Assembly: GCA_002269645.1 (NCBI GenBank)
Contig: NIVC01000225.1
Location: forward strand, 474,416-538,415
Origin: Macrostomum lignano
Lineage: Eukaryota
Reading direction: 5' to 3'
Length of the DNA stretch: 64,000 nt
The number at the start of each line of letters is the position of its first letter. The stretch's first letter is position 1. A program made the position numbers and the translations under genes. This document shows, piece by piece, positions 1-15,905 of the stretch. The notes under the pieces were generated by a model. The model did not search any database, was not told the origin of the DNA, and saw only the letters and a program-made list of their open reading frames with translations.

Positions 1-224
1 CTTTGGCACTCTATGGCACTCTGTCACTCTCTGTCACTCTCTGTCACTCTCTGTCTCTCTTTTTCCTTCTCTGTCACTCTTTGTCACTCTTTGTCACTGT
101 CTGACAACAGAATTCAATAAAGCAAGTTTTCCAAGTGCAAGGCAAGGGGGTTTTGAAAGACAAATAACCAGACAGGAAAATTTATAAGTTCAGTTCCGAG
201 GGACAAAATGGACAGTCAGGATCT

Positions 225-326
<102 letters not shown>

Positions 327-1350
327 CCCTTCTTCTATTTTTACTTTCTGGCAATAAAAAAACACATTTCTCGTGCCGCTTCTTCAACTTTACAACTAGA
401 AAAACTGGTAATTTGAGAGACAGACAGAGAGAGGGCTGCCAAGAGAGGGTGAGAGCAGTGTATGGAGGAATGCATGGGGGTCCGTGTCCCCCCCCCCCAA
501 GCACTTTCTGCCAGCCTGCCAAATAACAAAGAAAAGTGCCCACGTTTTCCTGCAGAGGCGCCGCTACTTCTGTTGACTGACAGCACTACAGCAACACAAA
601 ATTTGCATACAATCAGCTGCTTGAAGCTTTAGCAAATTAAAGAAATGACAAATCTACGACAAGAGACACTTTTGGAGCAGGCAAAACTTTTGTTAGCAAC
701 GCTTTAGAAGCGCTCACGGCGCGGCGCTTGTTACACGCAATGGTTTCGCATCGAAAATTTAATAATTCAATCAATTTTTCTTCAGTCCGCTTTCCAAAAA
801 TTTTCAAAACAATTTATTTGTTCCGCAGATTTAGCAGTTGGCGATCTGCCGTCGGCTACAGCACTCGCGGCGAAGTCAGTCAGCTTGGCGCCTGTCATCA
901 GCAATGCGGAACCGGCAGCTGAGGCCCCTGACGACTGCTTTGGCGCCAATTTTTCTAGCTATTGGTGAGACAAATAAAGGAGAGTTTTACAAGTGCTTAA
1001 GTTGTTGGAAGCGGGGGGAAGTGCATTGGGGAGAAGTTTTTTACAGGGGCGAGAAGTGAGAGAGAGAAGGAGGGGCGGAGCAGCTCAGCAATCGGACTCT
1101 CGTGCGATGGTTCAATTCACTTCTTGGGGCTTGTGAACGAAAATTGGCCTTTGGAGGGGTTGGTTGTTGTGCGATTTACAGCCATTAGGGCCAGTCCTCA
1201 GAGAGTGTACATGCCTGAGGATTAGAGAGTCAAAGGGTCTCTGTGCACCCTGCGTGAGCGTGTGTTTAAGTGCGTGCCTACGCACAGTATTGGCGCTCTT
1301 GTATGTTCTCAGGAGTCCACGGGATGGGCAGAATTGCAGAGAGAGATGCT

Positions 1351-2195
1351 CAAGGAGATGTGAGACGTGTACAAGGAGATGTGAGACATGTACAAGGAGA
1401 TGTAAGACATGTACAAGGAGATGTGAGACATGTACAAGGAGATGTGAGACATGCACAAGGAGATGTGAGACATGCACAAGGAGATGTAAGACATGTACAA
1501 GGAGATGGAAGACATGTACAAGGAGATGTGAGACATGCACAAGGAGATGTAAGACATGTACAAGGAGATGTAAGACATTTACAAGGAGATGTGAGACATG
1601 TACAAGGAGATGAGAGACATGTACAAGGAGATGTGAGACATGTACGATGAGATGTAAGACATCTACAATGAGATGTGAAACATATACAAAGACACGTGAG
1701 AGATGCACAAGGAGATTTTAGAGATGCAGAAGAAAATGTGAGACATGTACAAGGAGATGTGAGACATGTACAATGAGATGTCAGACATATACAATGAGAT
1801 GTGAGACATGTACAAGGAGGTGTGAGACATGTACAAAGACATGTGAGAGATGCACAAGGAGCTTTGAGAGACGTACAATGAGATTTGAGAGATGTACAAG
1901 GAGATTTGAGAGATGCAGAAGAAAATGTGAGACATGTACAAGGAGATGTGAGACATGTACAATGCGATGTAAGACATATACAATGAGATGTGAGACATGC
2001 ACAAGGAGATGTGAGACATGTACAAAGAGATGTGAGACATGCACAAGGAGATGTGAGACATGCACAAGGAGATGTGAGACATGTACAAAGAGATGTGAGA
2101 CATGTACAAAGAGATGTGAGACATGTACAAAGAGATGTGAGACATGTACAAAGAGATGTGAGACATGTACACGGAGATTTGAGAGAGACAAGATG
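1351..2195. repeat. 21-bp minisatellite (GGAGATGTGAGACATGTACAA)
   Basis: Direct reading; 7-aa periodicity in the ORF track. Confidence 0.95.
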
Positions 2196-2779
2196 AGGTG
2201 AGGCATGCGCGCACAGAGACAAAACTGTTTCAATTTACAGTGATCAGCGCATCAAACTCATCTAAAATGACAGGCCTCATTGAATCAAAGAGGAAACAAA
2301 TACAGAACGCATTGAGAATGAAATGGCAGAGTGGAATTCCAGTTGATCCCACTGACAGAGGATCTCCTTGTCGCTAGCCAACCCGCTCAGATGCTCAAAA
2401 CTTTTCCACATGGCAACCAACAGCTTGGACTCAGGACCGCTTGACTTGCTAGTAGATAAAGACTTGCTAGTTTTGCCAAGCAGTCCGGGATACTCAAATA
2501 GGACTACTTTAGATTCCAAATTAGGAAGGTAAATTGAGGAGAAATGCCTTCTCAAATTTCCCACTTGAATCCGTGCTTGAGCGGGCAAACGTGCGGAATG
2601 GGTCCGGACTGTATCGGTTGCCAGCACAGACTCCTTCTTCATCTCTTTCTACCTTCGCCGCCAACCAATACCTATGCCTGCCTGCCTCTCAATTAAGGTG
2701 AGCCTTGAAGTTTTCTCTTTAAATATTGTTTAGTTCGTCAGAGAAGCTAAACTGCTGCGCAATGAGTGGCGTATGTGCC

Positions 2780-3065
2780 AGTTGGACTGGAAGCGAATCT
2801 ATAGTTGTCCTTAACTGGTTTCGAACTAAGGACTACTAGTTTATATAGAAAGAATCTGGACTGGAAGCTGTGTCCCTAACTGGTTTCGAACCAAAGACTA
2901 CTAGTTTATGTAGAAAGTATCTGGACTGGAAGCTGTGTCCCTAACTGGTTTCGAACCAAAGACTACTAGTTTATGTAGAAAGTATCTGGACTGGAAGCTA
3001 TTTCTCTAACTGGTTTCGAACCAGGGACTACTAGTCTATGTAGAAAGCATCTGGACTGGAAGCTG
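2780..3065. repeat. 65-bp tandem repeat, about 4 copies
   Basis: CTGGACTGGAAGC recurs at 2856, 2921, 2986 and 3051. Confidence 0.9.
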
Positions 3066-3700
3066 TTCTTGGCAAATCCACTTTATCCAGTCTTGTTTTC
3101 GAAACCTTTCCAACCAAGCCGTCCTTGGTCAAGAGAAGGGTAATAAAATCTACTTTTTTCCTAAAGTAACAACCCACGCAGTTTCCAGTGTATTTTTTGG
3201 CTTTTTATTTCGAAACCGAGAAAGAGAAAAGCACGGGACAGAAGAACAGACGGAAAGTTGCTGCTTTTAAAAGGATTTCAATTAAGCAGTCATTTAAAAG
3301 GCCAACCAGCTAGAGGGGCCGGACAGGGGGAGAGAGGGGGTCGTAAATTTGAATCCCATTCTCCCGGACACCAGTGGGCCGGCTCGATCCCCCAGAGGAC
3401 TTAGCGGTACAAGGCAGGGAAGAGGAAGGTTGCAGATCAGAAATGCAAATACAGACAGCTCAGTTCTCCAGACAGTCTCGCTTAAAAGCCAAGCAAAGGA
3501 GGAGCACCAGAGCCAGTGTGGCTATTTTCCTTCTATCGAATCTTCTTTCGCCCAGGGGTGCTTTAAAACCGTGGCGAAGTCTTAAAGAGCTCGGGCTCAA
3601 TGCTGGACAATGAGGCGCTGCTGTGGTTATGGGTGAGGTCAATGTGCTGGGCACTTGGTAGTGCATCTGCTCTGGTGCAGTCTGCCTATAATCTATAATT

Positions 3701-4169
<469 letters not shown>

Positions 4170-4717
4170 ATCAGGCACTCAGTGCGCAGAGACTGAAGGC
4201 TCGAAAAGCTGATTAAATCTACAGGCCACTCCGGAGAAGCAGCTGAAGTGCCTGATTCGACTCCCTCGCACAGTGAGGCGACTCTGCCAGCTGAGCCTGA
4301 GCTCGAGCAAGTGCCCGCAAACAGCCAAACAGCAAAGTCCCCCGGTTCGATGGGGCGTTTAGCCTGTCATCTCGGCATTATCCAAGTGTCTCGCTCTGAG
4401 TGTCCGCCTCCCTCCCGTCTCCCTCCCTGCCTCCCTCTGCATCGTATGGCACTCGTCCGGCATTTGCTGCCATGCAATAACAGTGCAGATTGGAGCAGAA
4501 ATGATTGATTCTCTCTAACTCTGCACTGTATTGCTGTTGTTCGTCTACAAGCAGTATTTGCCCCTCTTTTTGCTGCTTGTTGTGAAGGCGGATCCACGGG
4601 ATTCTGTAATAGTATGACATATTGGCTGCGGATTTGTGAGAGTGGGACACTGTATTGCTAGCAAACACATTTATTTAGGGCAATATTCGCGTATTGGAGG
4701 AATAGATTCCCTTAGGG

Positions 4718-5455
4718 AAGAAGTAGACTCACGTAGAGGAGAAATAGATTAGTGTCCGGGAGAAGTAGATTCATGGAGAGGAGAAGTAGATTCACGTTTG
4801 GTAGAAGTAGATTCACGATTTGGAGAAGTAGATTTACGATTTGGAGAAGTAGATTCACGTAAGGGAGAAGTAGATTCACGGTGGAGAGAGGTAGATTCAC
4901 GTAGGGGAGAAGTAGATTAATGTAGAGGAGAAGTAGATTCACGTTTGGTAGAAGTAGATTCAACTTGAGAGAGGTAGATTCACGATGGAGAGAGGTAGAT
5001 TAATGTAGAGGAGAAGTAGATTCACGTTTGGTAGAAGTAGATTCAACTTGAGAGAGGTAGATTCACGATGGAGAGAGGTAGATTCATGTAGAGGAGAAGT
5101 AGATTCACGTTTGGTAGAAGTAGATTCACGATTTGGAGAAGTAGATTCACGATTTGGAGAAGTAGATTCACGATTTGGAGAAGTAGATTCACGTAAGGGA
5201 GAAGTAGATTCACGGTGGAGAGAGGTAGATTCACGTAGGGGAGAAGTAGATTTACATGGGAGAGAGATAGATTCACGTAGGGGAGAAGTACCAGTAGATT
5301 CACGTAGGGGAGAAGTAGATTCACGTAGGGGAGAAGTACCAGTAGATTCACGTAGGGGAGAAGTAGATTCACGTAGGGGAGAAGTAGATTCACGTAGGGG
5401 AGAAGTAGGTTCACGTAGGGGAGAAGTAGATTCACGTAGGGGAGAAGTAGATTCA
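4718..5455. repeat. ~21-bp minisatellite (GGAGAAGTAGATTCACGTAGG)
   Basis: Direct reading. Confidence 0.93.
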
Positions 5456-5934
5456 GTTGACAGTGGTAGATACTGTCTATAGGACACCTTAATTGAATAC
5501 GAGGGTGGGTAAGGAGTGTTGATGCATTTTCGGTGTATAACAATAAAGTTCTTAACAAAAAGAGAAAAAAAGGGTATAACACGAGTCATAAGCCACGTGG
5601 CATAAACATTAACAATATTTTGGTGTAAACTTGTAAAACGGTATGAATGCAGGGGTGCAGGGCGTTGTTGTCGTAAAACTAAAGAATTTATTCGCAAAAG
5701 CAGACTGGGACAAAGACTCGTCAGCTTTAACTGCTCACAAATACAAGTAGCTATAAATGAATTTTATTTGCCTTTATTATGTGACGCATATTTTAGTGAG
5801 CCGACTCGCTAGATCTCTTTGTAGCGCCCATCAGAGCTTTAATTTCTCTGTGTAAGCTCTCAGTTTTGACTCCACTTCCACTTCTCAACGCCTCTTACCC
5901 TTTTCCTACCCCTTACTTGGCCCTTTCCCATTCC

Positions 5935-6600
5935 TCTCCTTACCCTCTTCCACCCCCTCTTTACCCTCTTCCACCCCTCTTTCACCCCTCCCTACCCTCT
6001 TCCACCCCTCCCTACCCTCTTCCACCCCTCCCTACCCTCTTCCACCCTTGCTACCCTCTTCCATCCTTGCTACCCTCTTCCACCCCTCCCTACCCTCTTC
6101 CACCCCTCACTACCCTCTTCCACCCTTGCTACCCTCTTCCAGCCCTCCCTACCCTCTTCCACCCCTCCCTACCCTCTTCCACCCTTGCTACCCTCTTCCA
6201 GCCCTCCCTACCCTCTTCCACCCTTGCTACCCTCTTCCACCCCTTCCTACCCTCTTCCACCCCTCCCTACCCTCTTCCACCCCTCCCTACCCTCTTCCAC
6301 CCTTGCTACCCTCTTCCACCCTTGCTACCCTCTTCCACCCCTTCCTACCCTCTTCCACCCCTCCCTACCCTCTTCCACCCCTCCCTACCCTCTTCCACCC
6401 TTGCTACCCTCTTCCACCCCTCCCTACCCTCTTCCACCCCTCCCTACCCTCTTCCACCCTTGCTACCCTCTTCCACCCCTCCCTACCCTCTTCCACCCCT
6501 CCTTACCCTCTTCCACCCCTCCCTACCCTCTTCCACCCTCTCCCTACCCTCTTCCACCCTCTCCCTACCCTCTTCCACCCTCTCCCTGCCCTCTTCCACC
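5935..6600. repeat. 20-bp C-rich minisatellite (CCCTCTTCCACCCCTCCCTA)
   Basis: Direct reading; G-runs on the - strand. Confidence 0.93.
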
Positions 6601-7339
6601 ACCTCCTTACCCTCATTCCCCTTCATTACCCTCTTCATCCCCTCCTTCCCCTCTTCATTCCCCTTTTTCTCTGTCTTTACCTTGTCTTTCCTCTTCTCTT
6701 CCTATCAGACTTGAAATTGGACAACAACTCTTACAATAAAGCCTGTTTCTCAACTTTCTATCAATAGAAGCAAATAGTCAGACTTCTCCAGGTTTTGTCA
6801 TACGTGCAGTTTTGACTCAATTCTAAAATTCCGTTGCGCAATTTTCAATTTTCACTTTCCCTCACCGACTATAGCTAACTAACAAAACTTATTTATGTTC
6901 CCTAGGTAAGTAGCTAATGGCCCCCCCCCCGAGCCTTGTGCTCTTCCATTCTCACCGCCACATCCACCGGGCCTGCGTCATGCGGGGTCTTACGTAATCG
7001 CTTTTATTGAAAACCGCCATCGCCCGCCCTGCCTTGCCGCTAATGTTCTCTAATTCATCTTAATTCCTTCGATTTTTGTCCCCAGAAATTTCTCTAAGCC
7101 GTCTGTCTATAGGAGTGAAAAATCGAACCATTGGAAAGGCTGAAGTCACTGACTAATTGCTGACTCAAAGCAATCTAGAATTTGACTTGAATTGGCAATT
7201 GTTCAGGATTCGTCAAAAATGTGGGCATCGGTCATTCTGTTTGTCAAGATTACAGGTCTAGATTGTTGCTATGAGCAGTTAAAATATTGAGATTCTGTGC
7301 TGCATATCCATTGTCTCCAGATTTAAAGTTCGTCAGCAT

Positions 7340-9680
7340 TCCATAGTCTATGACTAGAACTCTGTGATCTTAGTCATTAATAATTCTATAGTCTATGACT
7401 AGAACTCTCTGTGACCTAAGTCATTGAACATTCCATAGTCTATGACTAGAACTCTCTATGACCTAAGTCATTGAACATTCCATAGTATATGACTAGAACC
7501 CTCTATGACCTAAGTCATTGAATATTCCATAGTCTATGACTAGAACCCTCTGTGACCTAAGTCATTAATAATTCCACAGTCTATGACTAGAACTCTCTAT
7601 GACCTAAGTCATTAATAATTCCATAGTCTATGACTAGAACTCTCTATGACCTAAGTCATTAATAATTCCATAGTCTATGACTAGAACACTATGACCTAAG
7701 TCATTGAATATTCCATAGTCTATGACTAGAACACTATGACCTAAGTCATTGAATATTCCATAGTCTATGACTAGAACACTATGACCTAAGTCATTGAATA
7801 TTCCATAGTCTATGACTAGAACACTATGACCTAAGTCATGGAACATTCCATACTCTATGACTAGAACTCTCTATGACCTAAGTCATTGAATATTTCATAG
7901 TCTATGACTAGAACACTATGACCTAAGTCATTGAACAATCCATAGTCTATGACTAGAACACTATGACCTAAGTCATGGAACATTCCATAGTCTATGACTA
8001 GAACTCTTTATGACCTAAGTCATTGAATATTCCATAGTCTATGACTAGAACACTATGACCTAAGTCATTGAACAATCCATAGTCTATGACTAGAACACTA
8101 TGACCTAAGTCATTGAATATTCCATAGTCTATGACTAGAACACTATGACCTAAGTCATTGAACAATCCATAGTCTATGACTAGAACTCTCTATGAACTAA
8201 GTCATTCAACAGTCCCTAGTCTATGACTAGAACACTATGACCTAAGTCATTGAATATTCCATAGTCTATGACTAGAACACTATGACCTAAGTCATTGAAT
8301 ATTCCATACTCTATGACTAGAACACTATGACCTAAGTCATTGAATATTCCATAGTCTATGACTAGAACACTATGACCTAAGTCATTGAATATTCCATAGT
8401 CTATGACTAGAACACTATGACCTAAGTCATGGAACATTCCATACTCTATGACTAGAACTCTCTATGACCTAAGTCATTGAATATTTCATAGTCTATGAAT
8501 AGAACACTATGACCTAAGTCATTGAATATTTCATAGTCTATGAATAGAACACTATGACCTAAGTCATGGAATATTTCATAGTCTATGACTAGAACACTAT
8601 GACCTAAGTCATGGAACATTCCATAGTCTATGACTAGAACTCTCTATGAACTAAGTCATTCAACAGTCCCTAGTCTATGACTAGAACACTATGACCTAAG
8701 TCATTGAATATTCCATAGTCTATGACTAGAACTCTCTATGACCTAAGTCATTGAATATTCCATAGTCTATGACTAGAACACTATGACCTAAGTCATTGAA
8801 CAATCCATAGTCTATGACTAGAACACTATGACCTAAGTCATTGAACAATCCATAGTCTATGACTAGAACACTATGACCTAAGTCATTGAATATTCCATAG
8901 TCTATGACTAGAACACTATGACCTAAGTCATTGAATATTCCATAGTCTATGACTAGAACACTATGACCTACATGTAAGTCATTGAATATTCCATAGTCTA
9001 TGACTAGAACTCTCTATGACCTAAGTCATTGAATATTCCATAGTCTATGACTAGAACACTATGACCTAAGTCATTGAACAATCCATAGTCTATGACTAGA
9101 ACACTATGACCTAAGTCATTGAATATTCCATAGTCTATGACTAGAACACTATGACCTAAGTCATTGAACAATCCATAGTCTATGACTAGAACACTATGAC
9201 CTAAGTCATTGAATATTCCATACTCTATGACTAGAACACTATGACCTAAGTCATTGAATATTCCATAGTCTATGACTAGAACACTATGACCTAAGTCATT
9301 GAATATTCCATAGTCTATGACTAGAACACTATGACCTAAGTCATGGAATATTTCATAGTCTATGACTAGAACACTATGACCTAAGTCATGGAACATTCCA
9401 TAGTCTATGACTAGAACTCTCTATGAACTAAGTCATTCAACAGTCCCTAGTCTATGACTAGAACACTATGACCTAAGTCATTGAACAATCCATAGTCTAT
9501 GACTAGAACACTATGACCTAAGTCATTGAATATTCCATAGTCTATGACTAGAACACTATGACCTAAGTCATAGAACATTCCATAGTCTATGACTAGAACT
9601 CTCTATGACCTAAGTCATAGAACATTCCATAGTCTATGACTAGAACTCTCTATGACCTATGTCATAGAACATTCCATAGT
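7340..9680. repeat. 45-47-bp palindrome-rich satellite (~50 copies)
   Basis: Unit GACCTAAGTCATTGAATATTCCATAGTCTATGACTAGAACACTAT; 15-aa periodicity. Confidence 0.95.
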
Positions 9681-10409
9681 CTATGAGACTATGACTCGAG
9701 CCCCCCGTGATCAAAGTCATAAATCATTCGATAGTCTATGACCAGAACTGCATGACCCACGCTGCAGCTTAGATTCACCGAATCCCACATCAAGAATCGA
9801 ACAGGTAAAAAGACTAAATTAGCTTTTTTTCGAACAATCCTAAACTAAGCTTTGACGGCCAGCTCCGATCAATCACAGTTTTGTCTCCAGCTAAAGAAGG
9901 AAGTTTCTCCCCCCAGCCGTCACTGGCCATTTCCTCAATCCATGCGTCATTGCGCCCCCCCTTCACCATACGACTTTCAGTTTAAAGAAGAAAGCGACTA
10001 GAATAAGATCCTCGGCTTTGATAAAAACAGATTGCGAAGCGCTAAGGGACTTAGTCCAAGGACTGCTTTGTTTAGTTAATTGGATTGGAAAACTTAGAGG
10101 GTATCAGTTGGAGTTTCAATCCAGATACTAACACTTGGGAGTCCACGGCTAAATGACTGCAACAGGCAGTCGAGTGTCACCTGGTGCTACCCCTTTCTTT
10201 TACCTGGCCTCTCATTATACTAACCCTTGGGCGGACTTCTTTGGGTATTTTTTACCTCTCTTAGTTAAAATGCAGGCAAAATTTATTATTTTGTATACCG
10301 TTGCTTTGTTTGCTGCTTGCTTGATTGCTTCCGAAAGATCTGGTGCACAATGGCAATGGCAAACGAAAAGGAGACAAGAAATGAATATTTGTGACCCATT
10401 ACGGCAGTA

Positions 10410-11850
10410 TTAGTGAGCCATTAGGGCAATATTAGTGAGCCATTAGGGCAATATTAGTGAGCCTTTAGTGAGTATTAGTGAGCCGTTAGTGAATATTAGC
10501 GAGCCATTAGTGATTTTTAGTGAGCCATTAGGGCAGTATTAGTGGCACATTAGTGAACATTTAGCGAGCCGTTAGGGCAATATAGTGAGTCAGGGAAATA
10601 TTAGTGAAGCCATTAGAACAATATTAGTGACAAGGCCAACTCCTCCTTCGGAGAAGAAAGGAGAAGAACTCCCATCACCGGAATCCCATTCCCTGAACTC
10701 CATCAGGCTAATCCCATTTTCCAACACCTCTCCGCGCAATAGAAATCGTCTCCGTGAAACTGGACTCAATCGAAATTTCTCCGTCAAACAGAACTCAGCT
10801 CTCAGAATTCATTGGTTAGGGTTAGGGTTAGGGTTAGGGTTAGAGCTACACACAGTTGCGTGTTGAAAGGGGCCGGTAAAAAAGCAATTTTTTTCTCATT
10901 CAGTCAATATCATGGTCTCAGTTAAAGTTAACAAAAATATTGCGCAATCTAATTCAACCCTCCAATACACAGAGACCGATCCCCTTCCAATACGCAGTGG
11001 CAATTAAAAGATAATCCATAGAAATAAAGACTTTCCGTGACAATATTTGCGTTCTCCGGGATTTTATTTGGTAATATTCAATAATATCCCGTAAAGTCTT
11101 TATGTCTATGGTTTATACGAGATTACACATGCCTTTTTCGGGAGTTATTTTCATAAATCCCTCGGGCCTCAGGCCCTCGTGATTTATACAAATAACTCCC
11201 TCAAAAGGCATGTTTAATCTGATACTTAACAGATTATCTTTCCCTTATGCAGAAAAGCATGCTTTCGAATCTTCATATTTTGAATTTCGAATTATTTATA
11301 GCTCGTAGCAAAAGCTCAAGAAGTTGAAGTTTAGTCTATGGCCATAGACATATTATTATTTCTCAAGTGCTCACTGCGAGAAATATTTATTTATTTTTAG
11401 CTCATAGCATCGAAGCTACAATAAGTTGAAGTTTAGTCTATGGCCATAGACATATTGAGCTCTCACTGCGAGAAAAATACACTCATTAGATAGGGAAAAT
11501 ACAGTTTTTCGAATATTTAATCCCTTAGCAATGAGCTAGAGCTCATTAAAATAGCTATAAACCCAATCCGGAAAATTTGCAGTTTTCCCATATAAGTTTC
11601 AACGCTGACTTGCCAGTAGTCTAGGAGAAAAATTGCAACACACATACAGACAGACAACGCACCACTTTTAGTATTAGGAGAGAGAGAGAAGAGAGAGAGA
11701 AGAGAGAGAAGCCATTAGAACAATATTAGTGAAGCCATTAGAACAATATTAGTGAGCTATTAGGGAAATATTGGTTCACAAGTCATTAGGAAGCGATTAC
11801 TGAGCCATCAGGACAATGTTAGTGAGTCATTAGTGAGTATCAGAGAGAAA
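10410..11850. repeat. ~20-bp array (GAGCCATTAG..CAATATTAGT) split into 10410-10632 and 11709-11850 by a ~1.1-kb insert
   Basis: GAAGCCATTAGAACAATATTAGTGA occurs on both sides of the insert. Confidence 0.75.
10816..10843 (+). repeat. Interstitial telomeric repeat (TTAGGG)4
   Basis: Four perfect units plus TTAG. Confidence 0.85.
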
Positions 11851-12945
11851 TTAGTGAATCTTCCTTAGCCAGAAAAAAGCAGAAAAAAGGGCAAAACCAC
11901 TTCACGGTTTCATTGTGTCAGCCCAAATGGCGGACTTCCCCTCCTCAAACTCTTCCCCATTCGCTTCCGCCAACTGAAGGGGATCGAAAAAATGGCGTCA
12001 AGAAAATTCCGGATAGAATTTTACAATCAGCAATAAATCATGACTCGGCTGCGTGTTCACTGACACTGCCGTGCGGCACCTCAGCTGTTTGGAATGGCGA
12101 CGCTTCATACCAGGAACTCAATAGAGTTTGCAGTTCGTAAAGAGTTTGCTGCTAGCAATCTGCGCTTTCTAATTATCGCAATTGCAAGCAACGGCAGAGG
12201 GGGTAATATTTCGGCAAAGGCACTGCTAAATGCAACTTGGCAATCCTCTCAACTTTTGTCACCGTTAGTGTTCTTCTGCGTTCTCTAAGCACAGGCGGGT
12301 GAAGACACAAACCCTGATGTTGCTGTACCCTTAGTCCCCACTGCCATTGATTACTTGCTCTGTCTGGCCATGCCCCATCACCCTCCTCTCATCACTATTC
12401 CCCCTCCTCCCCCTCTTTTCCCTCCCCTCTGCCCCTCTGCCCCTCTCTCCCCTCTGCCCCTCTCTCCCATTGCCGCCTCTCTCCCCTCCCCTGTTCACCT
12501 CTCTATTATTTTCCATCTCCGATCTCCCTATCTTTACCCTCTCACCTCGCCCCTCTCTTTACCCGTTCCCCTCTCTCCTCTCTCCCTTCCTCTGTTATCC
12601 TCTTCCCATTCTTTCCCCTCTCCCCTCTCTCCCCTTCTCTCTCTCAGAAGTGTTTTTCATTTATTCAATAATCTGCAGTCATTATTCAACGGCCAAGTGA
12701 AACCTGAAATTCAATCATCACTGATAACACGCCACTATAGACCAAGAAGCGAAGTGTCACTCAAAAAATTCAACCTGCGGGACAAAAGTAAAAGCACAAT
12801 GAATTATTTAACAGCTGCAGCTAATAGTGTCAGACACGCAAAGCATTCGCTCAGTTGGAAAATATCTTCAGGATTTCACCGTCTGAAAAAGTGCGACCCT
12901 TCTGTAAACTTTCTACTAGAGATTTCTCCCGAGGAGGCTGAAATT

Positions 12946-14392
<1,447 letters not shown>

Positions 14393-14807
14393 TAAAAAAG
14401 AAATGATAAATTTGCCTTAAAAAACATCTCGATTTGGGTAAGCTTTTTTGGCTGAAAACGCCAAAGCTAAAATAACCTGCATCTACTTTCAGCGGAAGCA
14501 ACAACAGCAGATCAATCTTCTTTCATTGGCTCGGTTCCATAATTATAATGTCCGATTTTTAGCTTTGGCTGACAGGCAGTTGGCCATGGGTAGGCTGGAG
14601 GCGGGCCCAGGTACCTTAACTCTCAATGTACTAAACTGTAATTGATCTTGACAGCCGCAAGGATTTTACTGCATTGATTTTGGGGGGCATTCAGTTTTAA
14701 TGCCAGTCGCAAAGAATTAGCTAGCTTGATGGAGAAGCAAATGAAGATGGGCAAATCTGATATTTGTGTTTCATTACAAATCAAATGGCTTTTCTAAGCA
14801 CCATTAG

Positions 14808-15905
14808 ATAATTAAAGTGAATAATTAAACAGGGAAGACAGGTAATTAAACAGGTAAGACAGGTAATTAAACAGGTAAGACAGGTAATTAAACAGGTAAG
14901 ACAGGTAATTAAACAGGGAAGACAGGTAATTAAACAGGGAAGACAGGTAATTAAACAGGTAAGACAGGTAATTAAACAGGTAAGACAGGTAATTAAACAG
15001 GTAGGATAGATAATTAGGTCGGTGAGATAGATAGTTGCACAGGTGAGATAAATAATAGTTAAACTGGTGAGATAGATAATTAAACAGGTGAGATAGATAA
15101 TTAAACAGGTGAGATAGATAGTTACACAGGTGAGATAAATAATAGTTAAACTGGTGAGATATATAATTAAACAGGTGAGATAGATAATTAAACAGGTGAG
15201 ATAGATAGTTAAACAGGTGAGATAGATAGATAAACAGGTGAGATAGATAATTACACAGGTGAGATAGATAGTTAAACAGGTGAGATAGATAATTAAACAG
15301 GTGAGATAGATAATTAAACAGGTGAGATAGATAGTTACACAGGTGAGATAAATAATAGTTAAACTGGTGAGATAGATAATTACACAGATGAGATAGATAA
15401 TCAAACAGGTGAGATAGATCATTAAACAGGTGAGATAGATAATTAAACAGGTGAGATAGATAATTAAACAGGTGAGGTTGATAATTACACAGGTGAGATA
15501 GATAATTAAACAAGTGAGATTGATAGTTTAAAAGGTGAGATAGATAATTAAACAAGTGAGATTGATAATTAAACAAATGAGATACTTAATTAAACAGGTG
15601 TGATAGATAATTGAACAGGTGAGGTTGATAATTAAACAGGTGAGATATATAATTAAACAGGTGAGATTGATAATTAAACAGGTGAGATTGATAATTAAAC
15701 AGGTGAGATTGATAATTAAACAGGTGAGATTGATAATTAAACAGGTGAGATTGATAATTAAACAGGTGAGATAGATAATCAACCCGGTGAATTAGATAAA
15801 TAAAACGGTGAAGTAGATAATTAAACAAGTGAGATTGATAATTAAACAGGTGTGATAGATAATTAAACAGATGAGATATATAATTAAACAGGTGAGATAG
15901 ATAAC
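14808..15905. repeat. ~21-bp minisatellite (ATAATTAAACAGGTGAGATAG)
   Basis: Direct reading. Confidence 0.95.

Noticed and set aside
7340-9680. CRISPR-like appearance of palindromic repeats (also 25800, 31930, 54605)
   Set aside because: Units are contiguous with no unique spacers, there are no cas genes, and the context is eukaryotic and intronic.
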